A stretch of DNA of 32,000 nucleotides from Opitutales bacterium. GTDB taxonomy: Bacteria; Verrucomicrobiota; Verrucomicrobiia; Opitutales; Coraliomargaritaceae. This document shows positions 11,688 through 19,627 of this stretch, in pieces. The stretch lies in the NCBI GenBank assembly GCA_049606355.1, contig JBMYVL010000009.1, positions 30,001 through 62,000 on the forward strand, in the 5' to 3' direction. A program made the position numbers and the translations under genes. Each line of letters opens with the position of its first letter. The stretch's first letter is position 1. Under the pieces are notes generated by a model that had not been told where the DNA came from, did not search any database, and saw only the letters and a program-made list of their open reading frames with translations.

Positions 11688-12998
11688 TTACTTGAGGGTT
11701 TGCAGATAGAGTGCGATTTTTCGCGATTCTTCTTCAGTTAATTGTTCTTCAACCGGAAGCTGCCCGATGCCACGTCCATCCCGTGCCACCCACATGAGGT
11801 TGCCCGGTTTAATACTGTCGGGTTCGTGGATCCATTTGGTTAGGTTGTCCAGCTGCTGGTCCGCATCGATGCTACCGTCTTCGTTGTGGTGGTTGAGCCA
11901 GCCCGCAGCAAGTGATAAGCGCTGCGCAAGATTTGTGAGATCGGGTCCGCCGACACCGGCTACGCGCGGGTTGCCATTGATCGCATGGCAGGAATTACAT
12001 TGGGCGCGACCGACAAATAGTTTGAGGCCCTCATTCAAATCGCCGGTAAGTGCTTCGGGGTTGGCATCATAGGTCGCGTACCAGTCGGCCCAACTTTGCC
12101 CTTCAGGAGCGGTGTCGTTGCCCTGCTTGTGGTCGGCCACCCAGGCAGCGAAATCTGCGTCGCTGACAACGGAGGCGCGAAATAGCATGCGAGCATGCGA
12201 GTCGCCGCAGTACTCAGCGCACTGCCCGTAGTAATAACCGTCAATCTCGTCGCGCAAGTAGGACTCGTAGGCTGTGGCGGCCGCGGCTGCGTCGAGTTCC
12301 GGTGCGTGCCGGGCCTGCCAGTCTTCAAAGCTATCGCCCGCTTGGATCCACATTGAATTGGTGCGCCCCGGGATGAGATCAACCTTGCCGGCAATACGCG
12401 GCAACCAAAAGGAATGAATCACATCGACCGAGCGGAGTTCCAGGTGGACCGCTTTGCCTGCAGGAATGATCATCTCATTCGCTGTGGTGATCCCCAGTTG
12501 TGGGTATTCGAACGCCCACCACCACTGGTAGCCGATGACCTTGACCGTGAGTACCTTGTCATCTTCTCCCTCGGAGAGGCCCTCGCCGGTGTACCAATTC
12601 CCTAACTGACTCGCAGGGTTGTTCGGAGTGGTGTGCGTGTACCAAATAGCTTTAAGCGTCGGCACCGCAATAATCACCAATAATAAAATCGATATACCGA
12701 TCAGGCCAATCTCTACCAGCGGATTGCCATGGCCCTGCTTGGGGAGCGGGCGATCGTCGTTGGCTCGCTCGCGGAATTTAATAACGACGTACAGATAGGT
12801 GCCGCCCACTGCGATGAAAATGCCAAGCGTAACCCAGACGGTGAGCATGAACAAATCGAGCTGTTCCTGGGCGATGGGCCCTTTCGGCTTAAAGGTCGAC
12901 ATGCGTGTGTCGAGCTCACAACCAGTGAGGCAAAGAAGTATGCCGAGGCTGCCGACTTTAGTCAGTAGCTGAAGAAATCCGTGATAGATGTTTTTCAC
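11688..12998 (-). CDS. coxB: Cytochrome c oxidase subunit II with a fused C-terminal cytochrome c domain (caa3 type). Probable lipoprotein.
   Basis: The CuA site is HSFW…CAEYCGDSHARM and the heme c site is CNSCH. The N-terminal lipobox is LLCLTGC. GTG start. Confidence 0.95.
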   Translation of the reverse strand: MKNIYHGFLQLLTKVGSLGILLCLTGCELDTRMSTFKPKGPIAQEQLDLFMLTVWVTLGIFIAVGGTYLYVVIKFRERANDDRPLPKQGHGNPLVEIGLIGISILLLVIIAVPTLKAIWYTHTTPNNPASQLGNWYTGEGLSEGEDDKVLTVKVIGYQWWWAFEYPQLGITTANEMIIPAGKAVHLELRSVDVIHSFWLPRIAGKVDLIPGRTNSMWIQAGDSFEDWQARHAPELDAAAAATAYESYLRDEIDGYYYGQCAEYCGDSHARMLFRASVVSDADFAAWVADHKQGNDTAPEGQSWADWYATYDANPEALTGDLNEGLKLFVGRAQCNSCHAINGNPRVAGVGGPDLTNLAQRLSLAAGWLNHHNEDGSIDADQQLDNLTKWIHEPDSIKPGNLMWVARDGRGIGQLPVEEQLTEEESRKIALYLQTLK

Positions 12999-13049
12999 GC
13001 GCGTGTGTGTTCGATAAGTGAGTCGTGATCGTGGTTGTCTGAGGGAGTT

Positions 13050-13475
13050 CTAAAACCACTGATAAAGGAAGAAATAAACCAGTACCCCAGTGACGGATAC
13101 GTAGTACCAGATCGGAAAGGTCCAGCGCGCCCAAGCCTGGTGTCGCTGCCGTTGATTGCGCAGTGCCAGTATCAGAGTCATGAGGACGAGCGGAACGATC
13201 GTCATCGCTAAAAGTATATGGCTGACGAGCATGCTGTAGTAGACACCCACCCAGAAGCCTTCACCGCCGAACGGGGTGTGGACGCCCTTTACCAAAATTT
13301 TGTGCAGCACATAACCCAGTAGGAATACAATTGAAACCGAGAATGCACCGAGCATGCAGCTCCGATGCGCTTTTTCGCGTCCGCTTTTAATGCAGATGAA
13401 GCCCACGGTGAGCAACACCGTAGCCGTGCCGTTGAGCGCAGCATTAATACTGGGCAAGCTGTCGGTGAAAGTCAT
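13050..13475 (-). CDS. DUF420-family membrane protein (CtaM-like oxidase accessory protein)
   Basis: 141 aa with four TM helices. The sequence …INAALNGTATVLLTVGF…AHR…ML.AF… is the typical DUF420 signature. It sits between the heme O synthase and subunit II genes. Confidence 0.8.
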   Translation of the reverse strand: MTFTDSLPSINAALNGTATVLLTVGFICIKSGREKAHRSCMLGAFSVSIVFLLGYVLHKILVKGVHTPFGGEGFWVGVYYSMLVSHILLAMTIVPLVLMTLILALRNQRQRHQAWARWTFPIWYYVSVTGVLVYFFLYQWF

Positions 13476-13478
13476 GAG

Positions 13479-14402
13479 TTAGAGAAGCCAGAGGTCCAAG
13501 ACCAGCGGAACCAGCAGAGCCGGCAGATAGCAGATGGAGGCAATAAATAATTTGCGGGCTGCTTGATCGCGCTTGGCTGCATTTAAGAAAGCAATCGCCG
13601 GGCGCAAAATGTACAAACCCATCACGAGTGCAAACAGCCCGTAAACTGCACTGGCGTAGCCGAGGCAGAACGGCAGCAGGGTGCTGATCAACAGCGCTAT
13701 CGCGAAAAGGAAGGACTGAACCGCAACACGCTTACCATTGGCATCGGCGTTGGATAGCATTACAAATCCACCGCTAGCATAGTCATTGCGATGAGTCCAC
13801 GCGATCGCGAAGAAGTGCGGCATTTGCCACAGAAAAAGGATGGCAAACAGCAACCAGCCAAGGGTGCTGATACCGCCTTCAGCAGCAGCCCAGCCAATCA
13901 AGGGCGGCAGAGCTCCGGGCACCGCTCCAATCACGGTGTTCCAAGTCGTGAGCTGCTTGAGTGGGGTATACAAGAGGACATAAGAGGCCACCGTTGCCAG
14001 CGTCAATAAACTCGCCAGCAGATTGGTCCCGAAGTACAGCGCTGCACATCCGAGAATACTCAAGCAAAGCCCATAAGCGAGTGCGTGTGCGGGTTCGACA
14101 CGGCCCGCAGGAATTGGGCGATTGCGCGTGCGCGCCATTTTGGCATCGGCGTTGCGCTCCATCCACTGGTTCAAGACCGCGGCACCCCCAGCCGCCAGCG
14201 AGGTCCCGAGTACGAGCGTGATTAGCACCGATAGGTCACGAGCTGGATTGGCGGAAAGATAGCCAACCACAGCCGTAATTACGGATAGAAAACTTAAGCG
14301 TGGTTTGGTCAGTTCATAAAAGTCTTCGAGGCGTGCACGCACGGAAGCCGACGTCGTAGCAACGCCGGATAGACTTTTGGTTTTGGTCGATGGATGACTC
14401 AT
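13479..14402 (-). CDS. cyoE: Heme O synthase (protoheme IX farnesyltransferase, CtaB/CyoE)
   Basis: 307-aa UbiA-family protein. Motifs: …NQWMERNADAKMARTRNRPIPAGR… (Asp-rich) and …WQMPHFFAIAW…. Confidence 0.93.
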   Translation of the reverse strand: MSHPSTKTKSLSGVATTSASVRARLEDFYELTKPRLSFLSVITAVVGYLSANPARDLSVLITLVLGTSLAAGGAAVLNQWMERNADAKMARTRNRPIPAGRVEPAHALAYGLCLSILGCAALYFGTNLLASLLTLATVASYVLLYTPLKQLTTWNTVIGAVPGALPPLIGWAAAEGGISTLGWLLFAILFLWQMPHFFAIAWTHRNDYASGGFVMLSNADANGKRVAVQSFLFAIALLISTLLPFCLGYASAVYGLFALVMGLYILRPAIAFLNAAKRDQAARKLFIASICYLPALLVPLVLDLWLL

Positions 14403-14437
14403 GCAACAGATCGGTAGCGAAGACCTAAGAAAGACCC

Positions 14438-15412
14438 TTAGTGGGGCTGAGACGGTCTATGAGTGAACAAAGTCAGCCCCCATGTAGTGGCAAGGAGAAA
14501 AGCACCTATTAGCGCATGCATCGTAGCTACATAAGGATTCTTAATAGTCCAGATCGTCAGCGCCCCGAGATAGATTTGGACTGCCAAAAGGAACAGCAAA
14601 ACCAATGCGGCGTAGCGTAGGGATTGTCGGGTGGGGCGGTGCCCCCAAATTTTACCGACGAAGATGACGATGAGCAGTGTTGCACCGATCGCCCAAACCC
14701 GGTGAGCAAAGTGAATGCTGATATCAAAATTCCACTCGGCGGGGAACAAGCTGCCCGGGCGAGCCAGCGGGAAGCGTATGATGGCAAGGCCCGCATCGGC
14801 ATGGCGCATGATGGCGCCGATCAACACTTGCAGAAAAAGGCCGATGCATGCCAGACCGCCCCAGGTGCGAATGGTTTTCGGTACTGCCGCTGTAGTGGCT
14901 GGGCGACCCTCAATCCAAGCTCGCGTACTCATGAGCGTGATCGCCACGAGGGTACCCAGTACGATTTGCGCGCCGCAGGCATGAGCGACCGCGAAGCTCT
15001 GTGCCACCAGGTTGTGTTCTGCTTGGGTGTTGAGCCAATCGAAGCGAACTCGGGCACCGCCGAGCAGACCTTGCAGAATAACGACGCAAACCAGAACTCC
15101 AGCCAGCCGACGCACGGAGGCACGCGTTTCGCGCAGCCATGTCCAAGCCAGCAAGGCTATTGAGAGCAGGCCTATTTTCATGCCGAGTAAACGGTGGCTG
15201 TGCTCGGCGAGTTTGTCGGATTCGCTTAGCCATCCATCGGGGTTGACGGAACCGTTCGATAGTGGCCAATCCAGAAATGCCATACCTGCTTTGATGCTCG
15301 TCGTGAATCCACCCGCGTAAAGGAGTAGGGTGATCCAACCGAGTGTAAAAATACAAAAGCCGAAGAGCCCCGGTTTGTAGCTTGCGGTGCGATGTTTGCT
15401 GAGCAGTGCCAT
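14438..15412 (-). CDS. ctaA: Heme A synthase (COX15/CtaA family)
   Basis: 324-aa protein with eight TM helices. Conserved His residues lie in …EHSHRLLG… and …HFAHRVWA…/…MHALIG…. It is the first gene of the oxidase block. Confidence 0.88.
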   Translation of the reverse strand: MALLSKHRTASYKPGLFGFCIFTLGWITLLLYAGGFTTSIKAGMAFLDWPLSNGSVNPDGWLSESDKLAEHSHRLLGMKIGLLSIALLAWTWLRETRASVRRLAGVLVCVVILQGLLGGARVRFDWLNTQAEHNLVAQSFAVAHACGAQIVLGTLVAITLMSTRAWIEGRPATTAAVPKTIRTWGGLACIGLFLQVLIGAIMRHADAGLAIIRFPLARPGSLFPAEWNFDISIHFAHRVWAIGATLLIVIFVGKIWGHRPTRQSLRYAALVLLFLLAVQIYLGALTIWTIKNPYVATMHALIGAFLLATTWGLTLFTHRPSQPH

Positions 15413-15534
15413 TTCGGGATGGTACTAGGAAGCAATCTGTTTTAAGTTCAAGTCGAGAAACACATTTGCAAGCTGCGCGGCTCCACTCGACAAAGAGATT
15501 GAAATCCGATCCGTTAGCATGAATTTTTCCCCTA

Positions 15535-16005
15535 ATGGATAAAACTCGATTCTATGAAGCATTGTTGGCTACGGTTCGCGCTGAAGTGCGCCTCGCCGTT
15601 GAGGCTTCGCAGGATGCAGCGGATTATGCGACGGACGAAGAGTCGCGTGCCGATTCGCAATGGGATACGCAAGGCTTGGAGGCATCCTATTTAGCTGCCG
15701 GCCAAGCGGGGATGGCCAAGCAGTGGGCCGAAGCGGTTGAAGAGTTACAGTCCGAGCGCGACGAGTTGCTGCAACCTAAAGCGCAGGTGGCGTTGGGCGC
15801 TTTGTTTCGCTGCGCGATGGGCGCCGGGGAGGAGTATTTCTTTTTCGCGGGGGTAGCCGGTGGGCATGTGGTACCACTTGAGGGCCAGTCGGTGACGGTC
15901 ATTACCCCGCAGTCGCCCTTAGCGCATCGCCTGCTGGGTTTGCGCGCGGGCGACGAATTTGTTTTGCCGAATGGTAAATTCGGACGGTTAGTGAGCGTTG
16001 AGTGA
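15535..16005 (+). CDS. GreA/GreB-family protein (short 'GreAB' paralog)
   Basis: 156 aa. An N-terminal coiled-coil-like segment (…WDTQGLEASYLAAGQA…) is followed by a C-terminal Gre-type domain (…VTVITPQSPLAHRLLGLRAGDEF…). Confidence 0.7.
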   Translation: MDKTRFYEALLATVRAEVRLAVEASQDAADYATDEESRADSQWDTQGLEASYLAAGQAGMAKQWAEAVEELQSERDELLQPKAQVALGALFRCAMGAGEEYFFFAGVAGGHVVPLEGQSVTVITPQSPLAHRLLGLRAGDEFVLPNGKFGRLVSVE

Positions 16006-17598
16006 TGCGTTGCAAGCGGCCTCAGCGCAGCGTAGCCCATCTAAGGCTGCGCTGACAATGCCGCCGGCAAAGCCGGCGCCCTCACCGCAGGGATAGAGTC
16101 CCCTTAGGTCGGGATGCTCGAGACCTTTCGCGTCGCGCGGAATGCGTACGGGTGAGCTGGTGCGAGTTTCGAAACCGATTAGGTTCGCCTCTTCGGTGAG
16201 GTAGCCATGCATCTGTTGCCCGAAGATTTTTAATCCGCGACGTAAGCGGCTTACGATCCACTCCGGTAACAGTTTGTCGATCCGTGCCGGTGTGATCCCT
16301 GGGAAATAACTGGTTGCCGGTAAGTTCTGCGACGCTTGCCCATTGATAAAGTCGGTTACGCGTTGTCCGGGTGCGACTTGTCCGCCGCCGCCCGATTGCT
16401 TGGCTTGCTGCTCCAGAGCTTTTTGGAAAGCCAAGCCGGCGAGGACGCCGTGCTCGTTGACGAGTGCATGTACATCTTCCGGTTCGACGGTCACCACCAT
16501 GCCACTATTGGCATAGGGTGAATCACGCCGTGCCAGACTCATCCCGTTGACGACGACTTCATCGTTTTCGGTGGCCGCGGGCACGATAAATCCGCCGGGG
16601 CACATGCAAAACGAATGGACCCCTCGGTCATCGATCTTTGTTGCCAGCCGATAGCTGGCTGCGGGCAGCAGGCGTGAGCGCTCTTGTCCGCGTGGGTAAT
16701 GATACTGCAGGCTGTCGATTAAGGGCTGCGGGTGCTCAATGCGAACGCCGACAGCGAAGGGCTTGGCTTCGAGGCGAAGCTTGTGTGCCTGAAGTAGACT
16801 ATAGATGTCGCGCGCAGAGTGTCCGGTTGCGAGTATTACGGCTGAACCGGCGAAGGTGTCACCCGCTTCCGTGTGCACGGCTTGGATGCGCCCCGCGTCG
16901 CAGTCAAAGGCGGTCACCTTAGCGCCAAAATGAACTTCGCCACCCGCGGTAAGGATCGATTGGCGCATCGCCATCACGACTTTGGGTAATAGGTTTGATC
17001 CAATGTGAGGATGGGCATCGATTAGAATGCGTTCCGGGGCACCATGAGCGACCAGAGTTTCGTATATGGTACGCACGGGACCGCGTTTGGTCGCGCGAGT
17101 GTACAGCTTGCCATCCGAAAAAGTGCCCGCACCTCCTTCGCCAAAGCAGTAGTTCGAGTCTTCGATCACGCGCCCTTCCTTTAAGATCGGGCCGAGGTCA
17201 AAGCGGCGGCGCGATGCATCCTTGCCGCGTTCCAGAACGATGGGTCGGCAACCCAGCTCGATACAGCGTAGTGCGGCAAACATCCCTGCGGGACCGCTGC
17301 CGATGATGATCACAGGTTTTGCCGTGGGTGGTAGGCTGGGGTACTCCGCATGATACTCGGGCGCTGGAGGCAGTGGCTGTTTTATGCCAACCGAAATGCG
17401 TAACTGTGCCTTAATTTGCCGCTGTCGTGCATCGATGGAGTGCTTCTGCAGGCGAAGTTCGGCGACTTGTTCGGACGGAATTCCGAGTTGACGACTGACG
17501 GCTTGTTTCCATGCCGCCTGATCTTCCGATTGCTCTAAGGGTAAAATAATATCCACCACTTGAGCTTCGCTTGGGTCGCTAGGAGATCGCTTCGACAT
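15988..17598 (-). CDS. FAD-dependent oxidoreductase, COG2509-type uncharacterised dehydrogenase
   Basis: Rossmann motif VIIIGSGPAGMFAAL, plus …FGEGGAGTFSDGKL… and …YPCGEGAGFAGGI…. The ORF track starts at 17676, which adds a Cys-rich hydrophobic leader. I prefer ATG 17598 (MSKRSPSD…). The 3' end overlaps the Gre-like gene by 18 bp in convergent orientation. Confidence 0.82.
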   Translation of the reverse strand: MSKRSPSDPSEAQVVDIILPLEQSEDQAAWKQAVSRQLGIPSEQVAELRLQKHSIDARQRQIKAQLRISVGIKQPLPPAPEYHAEYPSLPPTAKPVIIIGSGPAGMFAALRCIELGCRPIVLERGKDASRRRFDLGPILKEGRVIEDSNYCFGEGGAGTFSDGKLYTRATKRGPVRTIYETLVAHGAPERILIDAHPHIGSNLLPKVVMAMRQSILTAGGEVHFGAKVTAFDCDAGRIQAVHTEAGDTFAGSAVILATGHSARDIYSLLQAHKLRLEAKPFAVGVRIEHPQPLIDSLQYHYPRGQERSRLLPAASYRLATKIDDRGVHSFCMCPGGFIVPAATENDEVVVNGMSLARRDSPYANSGMVVTVEPEDVHALVNEHGVLAGLAFQKALEQQAKQSGGGGQVAPGQRVTDFINGQASQNLPATSYFPGITPARIDKLLPEWIVSRLRRGLKIFGQQMHGYLTEEANLIGFETRTSSPVRIPRDAKGLEHPDLRGLYPCGEGAGFAGGIVSAALDGLRCAEAACNASLNAH

Positions 17599-17779
17599 GT
17601 CGCATGCATGAATCGACTCATACGCCGAGGCGAGTGCAAAGATGCAGACGCAGATGAACGGCTCGGCAAGCGGCACAGTCAGATTTTAGATTGTCCTTTC
17701 ACCATCTCTTCCGAAACTGTGATGCGCTGCGCATATCTTGTGCGTTATCTCAATCCCCAACCCTTTGCTTTAAAGAGCT

Positions 17780-19516
17780 ATGCATATTCTTGAAATTACA
17801 TTATTTAGTTTGGCCGTGATCGGTGTGATCGCTCTCGGTATATGGAAAAGTCGCGATGAAGAGACTCATGGTGACAAAGGAGCGAGCGAATATTTTTTAG
17901 CGGGACGCGGTCTCACTTGGTGGCTAGTCGGCTTTTCGCTGATTGCTGCGAACATTTCTACTGAGCAGTTCGTCGGCATGTCTGGGGCTTCTGCCAATTG
18001 GCTCGGCATGGCAATTGCCTCATACGAATGGATGGCAGCGGTTACCTTGGTTGTCGTGGCATTTTGGTTCCTGCCTAAATTCCTTAAGGCCGGTCTATAT
18101 ACGATACCGGAATTCCTACAGTATCGCTTTGATGGTGTGGCTCGGCTGGCGATGGCGATTCCTGCGATCGTCACCCTGGTTTTTGTCACGACCTCGTCGG
18201 TGATCTTTTCCGGCGCCAAATTTGTCTCCGAATATTATAATACCGTGCCAGTGCTAAATAGCCTAACGGCGATGTGCTGGTTGATCGCTATTTTTGCAGC
18301 TATTTATGTGTTTATTGGTGGTCTCAAGGCTTGTGCGTGGACCGACCTTATTTGGGGCGCCGCACTGATTGTGGGTGGTGCACTCGTAATGTGGATGGCA
18401 TTTAACGTCTTAGCAGAGAAGCCGGCCGAGGAATTGATTTTGACGAAAGTGGCTAACTCCGATGCGACTGTGTACGACCTCGAGAATGCCGGCGCCTGGG
18501 AGCGTTTTATGTTGCTCAATGATGGCGTGGAGGGAGAAGCAGTTGCGGTCGCGGGGCCGAATGGTTCCGGTGGTAAAGTCCACATGATTCGACCCAAGAC
18601 CGATTCCGATATCCCATGGACGGCGCTGCTGATCGGCCTGTGGATCCCCAATTTTTTCTACTGGGGCCTTAATCAATACATTGTACAACGAACCTTAGGA
18701 TCCAAGTCTTTGGCTGAGGGGCAGAAGGGTATTGTGTTCGCGGCTCTGTTGAAGTTGTTGATTCCCTTCGTGGTAGTGATCCCCGGTATTCTTGCCTATA
18801 ACTTGTTCAGTGGTGATTTGCTTAACCCTGCGACGGGCGCATACGACTACGATCGCGCGTTCCCGGTATTGGTGCGCAATTTAATTCAGCCGCATCCCTG
18901 GATGTCTTGGTTCGTCTTGGCAGCTCTGTCTGGGGCAGTCATCAGTTCGCTGGCATCGATGCTCAATTCAGCATCTACCATCGCAACGATGGATTTGTAT
19001 TCGAAGTTTACGCACGAAAAGCGACCCGAACAATTGGTCAAAGTGGGCCGTTTCTTTGTCGTGCTGTTCGTGGTTTTAGCGGGGCTGGTTGCGCCCAAAC
19101 TAGACAATTTCACCAGTATTTTTGCCTACATACAGGAGTTTCAAGGTTTTATCTCCCCCGGTATTTTAGCAGTCTTTATTTTCGGCTTTTTCTCACCGAA
19201 GACCCCCCGTTACTTTGGCGCTGTGGGTATCGGGCTCAACGTGGTCGCGTATGGCGCCTTCAAATGGTTCATCGGCCCATGGCTGGTCGCTAATGCTTGG
19301 TGGTACGCGGATCAAATTGCCTTCCTGGATCGTATGGCGATTTGCTTCTTTATTGTTCTGTTGGCCGGTTTGATTCTAACGCTGCTAAAGCCGATGCAGA
19401 CGCCTGTCGAATTGCCGGTTAATGAGCAGATTGAACTCGAATCCTCGCGGGGTGCTCAAATCGTCGGTGTCGGTGTGGTGTTGGCAACGATCGCGCTTTA
19501 CGCGGTCTTCTGGTAA
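17780..19516 (+). CDS. Sodium:solute symporter, SGLT-like (SSS family)
   Basis: 578 aa. Motifs: …YFLAGRGLTWWLVGFSLIAANISTEQFVGMSG… and …WGLNQYIVQRTLGSKS…. About 14 TM helices. Confidence 0.9.
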   Translation: MHILEITLFSLAVIGVIALGIWKSRDEETHGDKGASEYFLAGRGLTWWLVGFSLIAANISTEQFVGMSGASANWLGMAIASYEWMAAVTLVVVAFWFLPKFLKAGLYTIPEFLQYRFDGVARLAMAIPAIVTLVFVTTSSVIFSGAKFVSEYYNTVPVLNSLTAMCWLIAIFAAIYVFIGGLKACAWTDLIWGAALIVGGALVMWMAFNVLAEKPAEELILTKVANSDATVYDLENAGAWERFMLLNDGVEGEAVAVAGPNGSGGKVHMIRPKTDSDIPWTALLIGLWIPNFFYWGLNQYIVQRTLGSKSLAEGQKGIVFAALLKLLIPFVVVIPGILAYNLFSGDLLNPATGAYDYDRAFPVLVRNLIQPHPWMSWFVLAALSGAVISSLASMLNSASTIATMDLYSKFTHEKRPEQLVKVGRFFVVLFVVLAGLVAPKLDNFTSIFAYIQEFQGFISPGILAVFIFGFFSPKTPRYFGAVGIGLNVVAYGAFKWFIGPWLVANAWWYADQIAFLDRMAICFFIVLLAGLILTLLKPMQTPVELPVNEQIELESSRGAQIVGVGVVLATIALYAVFW

Positions 19517-19540
19517 GCAGGCGATTGCCAAATCAGTTTC

Positions 19541-19577
19541 AGGTCGAATGGCGGGTGCCGTTCGGCCTGTTTTGTTT
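19541..19577 (+). terminator. Intrinsic terminator after the symporter gene
   Basis: A 12-bp stem pairs AGGTCGAATGGC (19541-19552) with GCCGTTCGGCCT (19557-19568), with two G-U pairs and loop GGGT. It is followed by GTTTTGTTT. Confidence 0.75.
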
Positions 19578-19627
19578 GGGGCAGCGCAGATTTGACAGCG
19601 AGTCGAGTTGTCGACTCGTTGGTAGTT

